Shown piece after piece: positions 1-15,974 of a stretch of DNA of 64,000 bases. The DNA comes from the human T2T-CHM13v2.0 reference genome, Homo sapiens. How positions within the stretch are numbered: the stretch's first letter is position 1; each line of letters starts with the position of its first letter. Under the pieces are notes generated by a model that was not told the DNA's origin, did not search any database, and saw only the letters and a program-made list of their open reading frames with translations. Where the stretch lies: the NCBI RefSeq assembly GCF_009914755.1, contig NC_060929.1, one strand, 5' to 3'. Made by a program: the position numbers and the translations under genes.

Positions 1-32
1 ACCCCCATCCCTTCCCTCATCCCCTCCCCTCA

Positions 33-624
<592 letters not shown>

Positions 625-807
625 TCACTATTTGTGTATTGAAGACCTTGGACAAGACAACCTCTGAGGGCCCTGATATCTCTGATAATCTGGTAATTCC
701 TGAGCCAGGAGGGAGGGTGGAACTTGAGATCTTATCCATCCGTTCATCTGTCCATCCATCTACCCATCCATCCACCCACCCAACCTCCCATCCAAATATA
801 TATATAT

Positions 808-1180
808 ATTTTAATTGTGATAAAACATACATGAAATTTACCATTTCAACCATTTTTAAGTGTATGGTTCAGTAGTATTAAGTAAATTACATTCTACCTT
901 GTGCAACCAGTTTCCAGAGCTCTTTTCATCTTGCAAAACTGAAATTCTGTTCCTGTTAAAAAGCAACTCCCCTTTCCCTCCTCCAGCCCCTGGCAACCAT
1001 GATTCTGCTGTCTCTGTGAATTGCACTGCTCTAGGCACTGCACCTCAGTGGACTCACACAGCATGTGTCTATTGAGATTGCCTTATTTCACCCAGCATAA
1101 TGTCTTCAAGGTTCATTCATGCTGCAGCACAGGTCAGAATTCCCTTCCTTTTTAAGGCTGAATAATAGTAGCCCATCCAC
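808..1180 (-). mobile_element. old L1M 3' fragment
   Basis: Typical antisense L1M 3' sequence (aaatttaccatttcaaccatttttaagtgta...ccctggcaaccatgattctgc); boundaries approximate. Confidence 0.7.
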
Positions 1181-1572
1181 ATACTTTCTTGAACATCTAT
1201 TTGTGTCAGGCACCGCTGATTCAGAGTTGAACAGGACAAAGTCCCTGCCCCTCCATGGAGTTTGCATTCTAGTGGCTGAGAGAGGCATTAAACGCAAATA
1301 AACATGTATCTAGGAGATTCTCAAGTGGTGCTATGAAGAAAATAAAGTAAGATAAGTCAGGGAAGGCCCCTAAAGAGCCCACCATGTGACCATCAGAGGA
1401 AGAATTTTCCAGGAACAGTGCATGGAAATGCTGTATGCTTGACATGGGAATGATCCTGGCAAGTTTGAGCTATAGGAAGGCAGCCATCATGGCTTGAGGG
1501 AAGTGGGGGGCAGATTCCAGAAACAGGAAGGCCTTGAGGGCTATGATAAGGTGAGTGGGTTCCCTTTTGGGA

Positions 1573-1853
1573 TTTTTTTTTTTCCAAGACAGGATCTCTG
1601 TCCCCCAGACTGGCATGCAGTGGGGGCAGTCTTGGCTCACTACAGCCTCGACCCCCGAGGTTCAAGCAATCCTCCCACCTCAGTCTCCCAAGCAGCCGGG
1701 ACTACAAGCATGTGGCACCACACCTGGCTAATTTTTGTAGAGACGGGGCTTTGTCGCAGCCTAGGCTGGTCTTGAACTCGTGAGCTCAAGCAGTTTGCCT
1801 GCCTCGGTCTCTCAAAGTGCTGGGATTACAGGCATGAGCTACCATGCCTGGCC
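1573..1853 (-). mobile_element. Alu (diverged, AluJ-like)
   Basis: T-tract followed by antisense Alu body ending ccatgcctggcc. Confidence 0.85.
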
Positions 1854-1902
1854 GGGCAGTGAGAGACCCTGAGAGTTTGACACAGGTGAGTCGCCATCTG
1901 AC

Positions 1903-2058
1903 TTTTTTTTTTTGAGACAGAGTCTTGCTCCTTCACTCATGCCGGAGTGCAGTGGCACGATCATAGCTCACTAGGCTCAAACTCCTGGGCTCAAGCAATC
2001 CTTCTGCCTTGGCCTCTCAAAGTGCTGGGATTATAGGCGTGAGCCATCGCACCCAGCC
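1903..2058 (-). mobile_element. Alu monomer/deleted Alu
   Basis: T-run, gagacagagtcttgctc ... caaagtgctgggattataggcgtgagcc. Confidence 0.8.
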
Positions 2059-2533
2059 TTGACTTTACCTTTTTGAGAGAGAAAGAGAGACGCTGCCCAC
2101 TAGATAGATTCTGGAGGACCAGCACCTTTGGAAAGACCTGATTTCCTTCCTTAGGCTCTCCATGCTGTTACCACCCAGCCAGGGGAGGCAAGCCCTGGGA
2201 TGTGGGGAGGAGGAATGGCTGCCCCTGTTTCTTGCCCAGGGGTCAGCTGCTGAGGGGGAGTACCATGCTAAGGGTTGCCCATAAGAAATGCTGATGGAAG
2301 ACCAAGTTGAGGGGGAAAGTGGAAGCTGGGCTGGGGCGGTGGAGGACACTGAGGCCCTGGGTCAGCAGAGCAACTCTTTCCGGCCAGGCCTTGGGGATGG
2401 GACAAGCTTGGCTGTGCCTGCAGCTGGGCTCCTTCCCTGGGCACCCGAGCTAGAAACTTAAAGGAAGTGTGGACCGGTGCTAGGGAGGAGGCTGGCCTTT
2501 AGCTGCAAGTCCTGGTTGAGAGAGAAGATTCCA

Positions 2534-2855
2534 GTCATGTCCTTTGCAGCAACGTGGTGCAGCTGAAGGCCATTATCCTAAGCAAATTAACACCGAAACA
2601 GAAAACCTACATACCGCATGTTCTCACTTATAAGTGGGAGCTAAATATTGAGTGTGCATGGGCATAAAGATGGCACCAACAGACACTGGGGGCTACTAGA
2701 GCAGGGAGGGTGGAAGCGGGCGAGGGTTGAAAAACTATGGGAGCTATGCTCAGTAGCAGGTGATGGGATCCATATTCCAAAGCTCAGCATCACGAAACAT
2801 ACGCATGCAACAAACCTGTACGTCTATCCCCTGAATCAAAAATAAAATGTGGACA
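2534..2855 (+). mobile_element. L1 3' end fragment (L1PB/MA-like)
   Basis: gtcctttgcagcaac...catgttctcacttataagtgggagctaaa...aaaataaaa. Confidence 0.8.
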
Positions 2856-5800
2856 TTTTTAAAGAGAGAGACAGGGAGAAAGCTTCCAGCTAACCATCAG
2901 GAAGAACTTCTAGCTGGTAGTTAGAGAGAAAAGACTGCAATTAGAAATGAGAAGGAACTAACTTCCAGGCTCTGATTTGGAAGGGCGGACTGCAGGTGAA
3001 CTTCAGAGCCTCTGCGTTATAGCTTGGGAGAGAGTCTGAAACGGGACCCAGGGAGAAGAACTTCCCAAGCCTCTGAGGATCCAAATCCTGCCCGTGGGTG
3101 CCTTCCCAGCCCAAAAGACAGCAACAAGGCGAGGAGGGGATTCTTCAGCCTCTCCTGGCCACTTCCATCTCTAGGAGCCTCTGTGGCTAAGACTGTTTTT
3201 TCTTACCACTTCTTGTTCCTCTGTCCCTCTGCAGCTGGGCTGAGTCAGCCCCTCCCTGCCCCCAGCTGGGCAGGGGGCACTGTTGAAAGGGAGGGGATCA
3301 AGGAGGATGGAGGTTTGGCTGGATTCTCAGATTTCTGAATCCTAGGCTCCTAATTTCTGGAAGCGGACCAAGCTGCCTTCTGCCTGCCTCAGGAACCCTC
3401 CCCTGCCCCTGCTGGGCATGTAAACCTCCCAGGGCACCTGTGCCATCCCTGGAAAGGGCTCATGGGCGTCTACCCAGAGGCAGCCTCTCTTCCAAAGAAC
3501 TATGAGTGAGAGATCAAGAGGTGGGGATGGGCGAGGCTCCCTGAGAAGGGTGGACGTAATTGTCATGATGGCAGCGGGTTCTTCCTGAGCTCTTCCTGGG
3601 AGTGGGGCGCTGGGCTAGATGCTTGAAGCACATCACCCCATTCATTCCTTGCAATGGGCCTAAGCCCCAGGCCCACCCCCTGACTTCTTCCCTTCCTCCC
3701 ATCCTCCCCACCAAAGGGGGCATGGAGACAAAGTCCCGGTCCCCTCCCCATCTAGGCCTGCTGGTTCTGGGTGAGTGGATGTTCTCCATCCCAGGAAGGT
3801 GGAGATCTGAACAATTCCCAGTGGAATCTTTGGGGACCCTCCTGTTGCTCCTCAGAGCTCAGTTCCAGCCCCCAGAATCGTAGTCTTTCCAGCAGCCTCC
3901 CTGGACCCTCCCTTCCCTGCTGCCTCAGCCATTTCCCTGTGCGCCTCCTCCTCCAGGGGAGCCTGCTGACTCCTGCCCTTTTCTCTTCCCCCACGGCCCC
4001 CCTTGTGGTCACTCTGGGGGACAGAAAGGTGATGATTCAGCCCTGAGGCAGAACAAACACTCCCCACAGACAGGCCACTTCTTTCCCCAGGCCTGGGCAA
4101 TGAGGAGAGGCTGGGCTGAGTCCCCAGTGAAGGGGCAAGGCTCCGAACCTCATGGGGCAAGGCAGAGGAGGATGGGAGGGCAGGCACTTAGCACGGGCAT
4201 GACCATCCTGCCCCCTCCGCTCCCATGGGTGGACACCTCGGCCTGGAGCTAAAGGGTCTGTGAATGGGTGTAGGGGAGGAGGGTAGCTGCAAGTCTTCTC
4301 GCAGCCTTGCATGGGCTCCAGGGGCAGCTGAATTTCCTGGACAGGAAGTGTGGAGGTGACATGTTCCAAAAATGGTCCCGTGGAGAGGGGATACAGAGTT
4401 CCTAAACCACAGCCAAGGGGGCTGGCCAGCCCAAGGCAGAAAGGGCCGCAGGGGGCCCTAGGCCCTTCTCTGGAATCTCTGCATGACTGTCCTGGCAGCT
4501 CTGTGGGCACTGCGAGGCAGTTTTCAGTTCCATGTAAGGAAGAACTTTGCAAACATTGGAGCTGCTCAGAGAAGGAACGGGTGGCCCCGAGAGTGAGTAA
4601 GGTCCTGTCCCTGGAGGTGGGTGGGCTGGGCCAAACAACCGCTTTGGGTGTGTAGTCAAGGAGATGATGCCCGACCTCAGACCTCCCCCTCCTTCCACCA
4701 TCCCAAGAGGCATGAGCTAACTCTGGTTCCCCAACGAACTTCCTCCTGGGACAAGAGTGTGCAGCTCCCATCACAGAGACTGTCTCGTCCAGCACCCCGC
4801 TCAGTCCTCTATGTGCGTTGTGGTACGGAATCCCTCACAACAGGCTGTTAATGATCCCATTTTACAAATGGAGAAGAGACTCAGACACACCAACTTTCTC
4901 ATCACCCCATAGCCAGAGCTTGGCAGAGGCAGGATTTGGACCCAGATTCACTGAAGTCCAAGTTTCTGGTGCTTAAACTAGACCACCAGTGGGCTCTTGG
5001 CATGTCAGAGGAGGAGGGGCTGTTAGAGAACACCCAGACCCATGGTATAAGAGGGGAAACTAAGGCCCAGAGAGGACAGCGAGTCAGCTGAGGTTACATG
5101 GCCAAACAGTGTCAGAGCTGGACCTAGATCCGGAGGTATTGACCGGGGCTGCCCTCAGAGCAGCCTTCTCATGCTGAGTGCTGGCAGGAGTAGAGATCCC
5201 GATCCATGTGCCCCTGGGGCTCCCCCAACATCCTTCCCACCCTGCCCACTTCAAGCCCTCTTCTCACAAAAGCCCCAAGGGGGTGTGGGGAAGAAAAGGT
5301 AGCCAAGGGGACACAAGATGGGTCATTCAGTCCTTGATCACACCACTCCCTTGTTCAAACCCACTGATGGCCTTGGACCGACAGGGTGGGGTCCAACCCT
5401 TCAGACCCCCAACCCCACCCTGGTCCTTCCCTCACCTGCACCTCTGCACACTCTGCCCTCTCCCCCAGAGGTACCCTTTCCCTTAGTGTCATCTCCCCTG
5501 CTGCATCCTCATCCTCCAAAGCCCGTCCCACCAATGCCAAGCCACCTCCTCCAGGCAGTCTCCCTTACCCACCAGCCTGAAAAGTCCGTACACCTCTGAA
5601 CTCCCACAGCCCTCTGGCCTGGTCCTCTCAGCTTCTGATCACATTGCACATGGTCTTTGTGTGGGCAGGCAGGCAGTGGAGGCCATGGGCTCTAGGGACA
5701 GAAGCCCCTGGGGCCCAGTGCCAACCCTATCCCTCAGCCCCTTGGGGTTTTTTTTTTTAACCTTGCTGAGCCTCAGCTTCCTGATGGGTAAGATACTGAC

Positions 5801-6761
5801 TAGTATACTTCCTGCCTCCAGCTTCTTGTGAGGGTAAAATAAGATGAGTCAATGTTTCACATAATGATTGGGACATGCTTTGGAGTGAGTCCTCCTTCAG
5901 GGTTAAAAACCAGACTCTGCCTTTGACCAGCTGTAGACAAGGGCAACTGTCCCAACCTCTCAGAACCTCAGTTTACAACTCTGTAAAACAGACTAATGCT
6001 AGCTGCATACAGTGGTTGCTGAGGGCATTAAATGAGATGATGTAGGTAACATGCTATAGAAAAATGCCCCTCAAATCACTGTCATATACTGAGCAGACAG
6101 TGACAGGAAGCACACTATACGCAACATGCACTAAATTGTGGCTTTGGCTAATAGGACAGTAACATGAAATAATGAAGAGGATGATGGTCACAGGCCCTCG
6201 TCTTCACTAGACCATGTGCTTCTTAGGGCAGGGCTCAGGCCTGGCCCAGGGGACACCACGCTTGTATATCCATTTCCTCTGCCCCGTGCTGGGTGCCAGG
6301 ACACCCCTGGGCTGAGACAGGATCCCAGGGCTGCGCTGCCTCAGAATGCCATTCCTCTCCTCATAGCCTCTCACTCTATAATCCATGCTCTTGCTTTCAC
6401 GGCTTTTTGTTTGTTTTTTGAGCTGGGATCTGGCTGTATCACCCAGGCTGGTCCCTAACTCCTGGCCTCAAGCAATCCCCCTGCCTCAACCTCCCAAGTA
6501 GCTGGGATTACAGGTGTGCCCTTGCTTTAATGGCTATTTGATTAGCACCTGTCTCTCGCACTAGACAGTAAACGCTATTAGGGCAGAGCCTCAGAGGCCA
6601 CCCAGCAGCTGGCTCATGTTGGCATACAGTAGGCACCCACTAAAGAGCTGTTAGCTGATGGACTGACTGAGGAGGAGGAAGGGTGAATCCATGCAGCCTG
6701 GGGGTACCATCCAAATCTGGCTCACTCAGGCACCTGGCAGCCCCACTCCGCTCCGGCTCAC

Positions 6762-6877
6762 CTGCTTATACTTGTACAATAGCAGCAGGAGCAGCAGCAG
6801 CAGCAAGGCCATGATGGACATGCAGGCGACCACCACTGGTGTGAAGAGGAACTCATCCGGGGGATGCGTGTGGGCTC
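6762..6877 (-). CDS. CSF1R: CSF1R exon 11 (transmembrane: [25 protein letters not shown])
   Basis: CAG/GTGAG boundaries, 116 bp, hydrophobic helix followed by basic stop-transfer residues. Confidence 0.98.
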
Positions 6878-8360
6878 CTGGAAGGCATGAAGCAAAGCAG
6901 TGAGCAGGCAGGGGTGCCTCCGAGCCCCCTGAGGTCAGGCCTGCACACTGCCTGGAACACAGTGGGTGCTCAATAAATGCTTGTTGACTGAATGAAGCAT
7001 CCTCCACTGGAAGCCTCTGGAGCCTCTCCTGCACACCCTCCCCGAGAAAGGCAGAGAGGACGGCCTCTTCAGCTCTGCTCATGCCCAGCCCCAAACCCTG
7101 TCCAGAGTCACAGCCTCCTGTGGCTGGGGGTAGGGAGCCTCTGGGGTCATGCAGTCTCACCCTCTGCCAGTGCAAGAAACCTCTCTGCAGCGGCCTGGCC
7201 TGGTGCCCAGCCATGGCTTGCATGCACTACACCTCCAGGAAGCTCGTTCAGAAAGGCCTTCTGGAGGTCACACTGCAACCTTCCTCTCCTGCATTTCCCC
7301 TGCAGCTTCTCCACATGCCTTTGGAATCATACAGCCCTTCTGAGGGTCTAGCAAGCCAGGCTTGTGGCCCCTGAGTCTCCTCTTCCCAGAATCTATACTA
7401 CTAGTTCTAGCGATGTTTTGGAGAACATAATTTCCACTTCCTTGCTCAGATCAGTAACTTAGATCTGCAGTCAAGTTTCACCTGTGCCACTTGGGAGCTG
7501 TGTGACATTGAGCCTAGGGAAAATTCTATTTATTTCCTAGGTTTGTAGGAGTTAATCGAGATAATCCCCACAAAGAGCTTAACACAGTGCCTGGCGCAGC
7601 AGAAGCCTTCAACAAAATGTTGGCTTTATTATAATATACAACCTCCAGCAGTGAGGCCCAGCGCGGCCGCAGGCTCCTGCTTGCAGCTGGACCCTGGTAG
7701 CAGTTGCTCCAAGGCCAGCAGCTGGGGACGTGAGTGACCACCCCTGAGCCAGGCAGATGCCAGGGTCTGGCACACAGTGGGTGCCAGAGCCTGGTTGTCA
7801 AAAGCCTGAGGATGCTGTGGGCCTCTGAGAATCACAGAACTAGCTGGTAAGGAGCCTTTGTGTAAAGCAGAGAGGCAGCCTGTGTTGTGCACAGGGCCGG
7901 GCATCATCCCCCGGGGCAGCCTCTTGCACAGCAACCTCAAATGGATAGACTGTGTCTGGAGCAAGAGGGGAGAGTTGGAGAAGGCCGTCCTTAGCTGGCC
8001 CCGAGCTGGAGATGGACTGTTTCCTTGCTCATTGCCTGCCTCCCTCATCAGCCTCTGAGCTCTGGGGAGGCACTGCTTCCCTGCATAGGGCACGTCCCTG
8101 GCACACGGTGCATAATGCCTGCACATACTTGTGAATAGATGCATGAGTTAGAGTGCAGGGACAAGAGTGGGGGCCAGTTTCTTCAGGCTGCTTTCTCTCT
8201 GCTTTCTCAGAGACTACCCCGTCCTACTGCTTCGGGGGACCTGCCAGGCAGGAGGGGCTTGGACTGGCCCAGAGAGGTGGACCTTGGTACTGCTAGGATC
8301 TGCTCCAAAGGTGGAGCCAACCCCAGCTCCCTCGGTGGGGGGTGGGGGAGGAGCCGCCTA

Positions 8361-8639
<279 letters not shown>

Positions 8640-8728
8640 TCAGGGTTCCCAGCGCCAGCATGTCCCTCCCACTCACAGGGTGCCCAGCCCCTGAGCCCAG
8701 GTGAGGGAGGTGAGTGGAGCCCACTTAC

Positions 8729-8849
8729 CTATCAGTGTGGCCACTGCACTGCAGCCATGTCACGTTGGGCTGGGGGTACCCAGAGGCAGCACACAAAAGG
8801 GTGCCAGAGCCGTTGATGAATGTCCATATGACGCTTACCTCTGGGGGGT
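8729..8849 (-). CDS. CSF1R: CSF1R exon 9
   Basis: 121 bp, AG/GTAAGT; [34 protein letters not shown]. Confidence 0.97.
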
Positions 8850-9002
8850 CTGAGGAAGAAAGGAGGAGGCCCCAAGTCACACTTTCCCCGCCACCTCCCA
8901 ATCTCCCAGTACCTACTTCCCTGTGCCCTGCCCCAGTCAACCCCATCCCTCCAGGCAGTCCCAGGGCCTCCGCCCCAGGTGGCGCTCGGCCCCAGCACTC
9001 AC

Positions 9003-9118
9003 ATCGAAGGGTGAGCTCAAACGTCAGAGCTCTCCAGCCTCCTGGGTTTCTGGCCAGGAAGGAGTAGCGGCCAGCCTCAGAGGGCTTCAGGCGGGGCAGA
9101 GAGAGGGTGAAGGTGTGC
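9003..9118 (-). CDS. CSF1R: CSF1R exon 8
   Basis: 116 bp, CAG/GTGAGT; [38 protein letters not shown]. Confidence 0.97.
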
Positions 9119-10535
9119 CTGCAGGAGAGAATCAGGTGGTGTTGGTGAGCCCCAGCCTAGTATGGCCCCTGCCAGGATTGCAGTCAGATAACAGCCTTAA
9201 AGGGGTTTATTTTATTTTTGGTAAAATATTCAGGGCCCAACGGCCTTGGGTAAGCCAGATACTCAGACAGGGTGCCATTGAGACATGCAAAAACCACCAA
9301 TCCCATTTCCTTAGTTGGTTTTCTTATCTGAAAGTGTTTTTTTCCCGAGGTTTAATAGAGGTGATGTCTTCAAGGTGCTGGGAGGCCTATCACAGGTCGC
9401 CTACGTTGACCACTGTCACTGGACTAAGCTTTCATGAAAGCTGCAATCCCTGCTACAAATCCCTGAAGTGCCAACCTTGCCAAGAGGGACTGAGAAAGAG
9501 ACAAGAGGCAGGATGTAGGGCCCTGGGTTCTGAGCCATGTTGCTGCAGAGACTGGGGTTCAAGTCCTGGTGCTGCTGTTTCTTGGCTGTGTGATCTTAGA
9601 CAAGTACTTAACCTCTCTGATCCCTCACTTCCTTTGCTGTGAGAGTGATATCGATGGTTATTAATTCACAGGCTTGGCTTGAGGATTAAAGGACCTTTTT
9701 AGGGTGCTTGACACAGAAGTTGAATCTTTGTGGGCACTCAATTCAATGGTACCCTTTATTACAGAAAAGGCCCTGGAGCAAAAACTAACAATAAAAATCA
9801 TCTTTGGCTGATTCTGGGAAATTTTTTGTTTTATTCTTTCTTTAATCTCTATTTTACAATTTGTCCATAATGAACATGTGTTGTTTAGGTAATAAATACA
9901 TTTTTTAAAAAGTCCCCCAGTTCACTGTCAAAATAAATAAAATTTTAAAAATTATAGCAAATGGCCAGTTCTTGCTTGGGAAATGTCTGCAGCTACTACT
10001 AGACTAAAATCTATGGTATTCAGAGAGCAGTCTCATCCAGCCAGACCCTGGGCATATACAAGGCCTCTGCCCAGGTCACTTCTTGAGATAACTAACCCCT
10101 TTAACTAAAAATAATTTGACTTTTTTGGATAATTGAAAGTCACCATTATGAACAACCCATCACATGAACTAAAATTCTGTGGCTGTTTGGTGTCCAGGCT
10201 TGTCTGCCTTGTGCTGAATGGGCCCAGACTACTGTGTTTTAGGGGATCTCGTGTTCCTTTCCTCAATGTCTCTGTGGCTTATGGACCCATTAAACCGATC
10301 CATGGACCAGCCCCCTCCAAAGGGCCTACACATTCCAGATTCAGAACTTCTGCTTTAAATGAGAGGAAGACAGAGACCTGGCCAGAAAGGACCAGAAGGG
10401 AACTGAGAGGAGGAAGATGAGGACAAGAAAACATCCTTGTTGCTTCTGACAATTGACAAGCAAGATTGTGGGAATCAATGAGGTTTGGGCTTCCAGAGCT
10501 AGAACGAGAATCCCAAAGAGTTTTGAAGTTGTCTA

Positions 10536-11072
<537 letters not shown>

Positions 11073-11705
11073 TTAATACCTGAGTTAATACCTGATATAC
11101 CTGGTATGAGTGTTCCTCTTAGGCACAAAGCTTTCTTATTTAGAACCTACCTGCTTAAGCCACTTTGGATGAGAAAGCAAGACCCCAAGAACACAGTTCA
11201 CAAGCAGACAGGAAAAAGATTTCTAAAATGTGTGTGGAATACACAGGATTGTGGGAGTGGAGAGACGGAAGAAGAGGGGTGTGGAGTTATTATAGATTGC
11301 ACTTCATGGGAAGAGTTTTGAGCTTACAGAGAAGAGCAGCCAGTGAGAAATTCTTGGGGCTGGGTGATCACAATCCTTTAAAGAACATTTCATGTATCTG
11401 TGATTGTGTGATCTTAATTCCCTCTTCCCCTCCCTCCAAGCTTTTGTATGTAGCAGATAACTTGTGCAGTCATTATCAGGAGTGTGTCTATGAGTGGGGC
11501 TGTTTTCTGCATTTGGATTGGCCCCAAGAGAGGAAAATGAATGAGGCTGAGGGTTCTTGAGGGACCAATGAGAATGCACACTCCCAAGAAATGGTAGAAT
11601 CCTTGGGTGGGGCATTGACTATCCCAAGGATGTGGGATGGAGAGGTAGGTCAATTTCATCTAGATCTCAAACACAGATGACCAATATTGGGATTCCATGA
11701 AGTCA

Positions 11706-12107
<402 letters not shown>

Positions 12108-12852
12108 TCATCCACCCATTGATCCAGTCCCTGAGCAGCTATGTCACAGGTACATAGTCCCCACCACCCAAGACAGGTCCTCTGACACCCCTCTTCTCAC
12201 CACCCCCTTCAGAATCCCTGGATCAAAACTTTTCTCACTGAAGCCCTAGGAGAACCTGGGCAAATCCCTATCCCCATTTGTGCCTCCATCTCCTTATTTG
12301 TGTAATGAAGAGATTGAATATATCTGTGATTTTCCAAGTTTTTGAAAAATTTTTGGCAGCAAGAAAACACACACACACATACACACACAATTTCACGTGT
12401 CCTCATCCATTTCCCTTTCTTCTGGTCATAAATCAGTCAATGCGGCTTCCAAATATAGCTCTGGAGTAGGTGTGTAACCCAGGCCAACCAGTGAGGGTAC
12501 TCTGTCCCCTCTGGCCCGGTGATTGGTTTGGGTTACCATGAATCCATGAGTCCATAACACTCAATTCCATGATTTTTGTTAAGACTCTGGGAAAAGAGAA
12601 GCCCTCATTTTACTGGTGTTGCTGGATCAGATACTACAAGGCGGATAGTCGGAGTCCTACAAGGGGAAAGCCTTCCTGGCAGGGCTGAGAGTTGGGGAGT
12701 CATAGATTCTTTCCAGCATCAGCTGAACACCTGGATCCAAGTGTTCCTGAAGCTGATATCCATGAGCTTTTTAGCTATAAGGAAAAAAATCCTTTTAATT
12801 AGGCCAGTTTGAGTTGGTTTCTATTACTTGTATCTGAAAGAGTCCTGACTAG

Positions 12853-13035
<183 letters not shown>

Positions 13036-14868
13036 TAATGACATTTTGCACAGATTGTAATACAGCTGCTCTTGTTGAATCTCAGGCAAGGGAATTGTGG
13101 CAAGAACCCCAATTCACTCAGCCTCTCCGTGCCTGTCATGGTAGCCCCTGACATGCCTTCTTAAAACCTCAGGGCTCTGCCACAAGCCCTGGACTAGATG
13201 ATTTCTAAGAGCTCCTCTCCTTACTCTATTCTGTCTAAAAATCTGAAATTCACCCTTCTACACTGATATATGTCTACTCAAAAGCCCTCTATGGCGTCCC
13301 ATTGCCTCCATTATTCAGCGTGGCGTTCAAGGCTCTCAATCAAATCAGGTCTCACTGTGCTCATCCAGCCACCTCCCCTCTTCCTTCCTACACACACACA
13401 CTCAACGCTCCACCCATCTGGGTCTGCTAACATCCCTGAACACACCATAGTCATTCCAACCTTGGAGGTTTTGCTCAAGCAATTTCCTCTACCAGAAATC
13501 CCATCCTCCTCCTTTTCATTATAGAGGCCCCTTTATCCTTTAAGATTCACCCCCATGAGGGAGTCTCTACTCAGTGCTCCAGGACACAGGAACCTCTCAC
13601 TCCACTCGACTTTTGCTGCCCTTCCAGACTACACACTCATTAGGCACCACATCTGCACTGCTTCATGCATCTGGTTCTCCCTCCAGGTAGCTTTCTTCTC
13701 TCTCCAAGTAGTCTGTGAGCTTTTGGGGGCAAGGCTTTTCTCTTCTCTGTCTCTCTCAACAATCCATCTATCTATTATTCATCCATCCATTAGTCCATTC
13801 ATCCATCCAAACACCAACAACTTCCTGCTGCCTTCACCATTACCACTCTAGTCCACCCACCATCAGCTCCAGCCTGGACCACTGCGGTAGCCTCCTTTCA
13901 TCTCACCTTCCCACTTTAGCTCTCTGACCTCATCTGAGACCACTTTTTTTCTCACTCTCTCCCCGCAGCCACACTGGCCCACTTGTCCCCTGAACATGGC
14001 AAGCACAGTCCCGCTGCAGGATGGAGCTCCCTTCTCCAAAATGGCCGCATGGCTTGCTCCTTCAGCAATTTAAGCCTTTGCTCAAATATCAGCTTTCTAG
14101 TGAGATCTTCCTTGGTGAACACCCTATCTGAAGCTGCAAATGCTATATAATTTGTTTTTTTAATAATTTACTTGGCTCATTGCTTGCCCACTCCCAGCTA
14201 GAGCACACACTTCATGAGTCGGGGGTTGTTGTATCTGTTTCACTTGCAGCTGTATCCTCGATGTCTAGAACAGTGTCTGGCCCAAAGTGTGAATGAACAT
14301 AAACATTTCTTGAGTGATGACTGTATGCCTGTACTAGAAAGCAGACAGGATTAGAAGCCGTAACTGAATTCTTGTGCTTTTGCTCTTCTTCCCCTTTACC
14401 CTGCCAAAGCTCCCAGTGCAGATTGGGGTCCACAGCAGAGCTCACAATCTGCTGCAAGTCCAGTGCCTTGCACATACTCTAGGGGCAGTGATGCTCATGA
14501 TTCTCATGCTCCTCGCCACCTCCATCTCCCATAACATTCAACACATGAGGCACGGCCAGACCTAAATGTCTCAGAGCCTGCTCACACTCCGATGAGCTGC
14601 TGCCTTGCTTCAGGGTCTGAGTCCAGTGACTGCCACTGCCTGCACCCAATCACCATAGCCAGAGACCTGGAGGTCATCCTTATCTCCTTTCTCTTCCTCA
14701 TCCCTGCATCTCAGACTCTTCCACACACCACTGGCCATCTTCAGCCCATTCTCCAGCCTCCAGGTTCCCACCCAACCCACATGGTGCCAGACTGAGCCTT
14801 CTCAGATACTATCTCCTGGTGCACACTTGGACAGCATTTCCTGTGTCAGACCCTGTTCTAAGTACTTC

Positions 14869-14870
<2 letters not shown>

Positions 14871-14915
<45 letters not shown>

Positions 14916-14927
14916 ATCTATCTATCT
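14871..14927 (+). repeat. CSF1PO forensic tetranucleotide STR, [ATCT]11 A [ATCT]3
   Basis: Direct count: 14871-14914 = 44 bp; lies in CSF1R intron 6; flanks match recalled CSF1PO primer sites (ttccacacaccactggccatcttc, gctagtccttggcagactcaggtt). Confidence 0.95.
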
Positions 14928-15814
14928 TCTATCTATGAAGGCAGTTACTGTTAATATCTTCATTTTACAGGTAGGAAAACTGAGACACAGGGTGGTTAGC
15001 AACCTGCTAGTCCTTGGCAGACTCAGGTTGGAACACTGCCCTGGAGTGTGTGCTCCTGACCACCACGAAGTGCCTCCTCTGTACAATCTGACCCCATCAC
15101 TCTCCTCTTTACAATGACCTCCCAATAGGTTAAGATGCAGTTATTCTTTCTCACTTTAAGACACCTTTACCTCCGGCTTCTGCCACCTCCTCTGCTCCCC
15201 TGTGGCCACTCCTCACACCACTCCACATCCCAGCTGTTGTCAAGTTCTTTCAGTGTTCCAAATGATCTATGTTCTCTTTGCCTTTGAGCCTTGCATATGT
15301 TCCTCCCTCTGCCAGAAGCGCTGTTCCCCTTCCTTTCCCACCCTTCTGCCCGGCCAACTCACCTTCATTCTTCCCATCCCAGTTTAGAGGCCACCTTCTC
15401 GAAGCCTGGGTTGGGGGGACTCTTCAGTGTTCCCAGGACACCTTGTGCTTCCCCCATAATCACTGGGTGATCATTGTCTTTTCATGTTTCCATAAAGGAA
15501 TGCATGAAAGAATGAACAAATGAAGTCCAGTAGGGAGCTACTGGACCCCAATCCCCAAATAAACAAAAAATGGCACTAAGGTGCACCCAATGCAGCCATG
15601 CACTGTAAGAGCTCCAAGATGGGAGAGAGATCCCAGGAGAGGGTAAGGGAAAGCTCCTGGAGAGTGGCTCCTTAGCCAGGCCTTGGATAAACAAACTCCA
15701 GCAGAGATATCCTCAGCAGGTCTCCTTCCCTGACATCAGCTTCCTCAACAAAACCCTTCTGCTCACACTCCTGCAGGATCCCTACCGACTGTCCACCACC
15801 ACCCTGATGCTTAC

Positions 15815-15974
15815 CTACCACCCGGAAGAACATGGAGGTGGAGTGCTTGCCCTGCACGTTGCTGGCCACGCAGGAGTAGTTGCCGGCATGTTGGAAATCT
15901 ACTTGATCGAGGTTGAGGGTCAGGACTTTTTGGTAACGGTTATTATGAAAGTCAGATTGTTGAGGGATTGCGAG
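15815..15974 (-). CDS. CSF1R: CSF1R exon 6
   Basis: 160 bp, CAG/GTAAG; [42 protein letters not shown]. Confidence 0.97.

Noticed and set aside
4037-4795. 252-aa minus-strand ORF in CSF1R intron 11
   Set aside because: No recognisable domain, Pro/Gly/Leu/Ser-rich composition expected from GC-rich non-coding DNA, non-ATG start
8971-8987. CTCF-like CAGGTGGCGC cores here and near 60936
   Set aside because: The 5' half of the motif mismatches; cannot be supported without ChIP data
8923-9642. 239-aa plus-strand ORF
   Set aside because: Antisense shadow of exon 8 running into intron and MIR-like sequence
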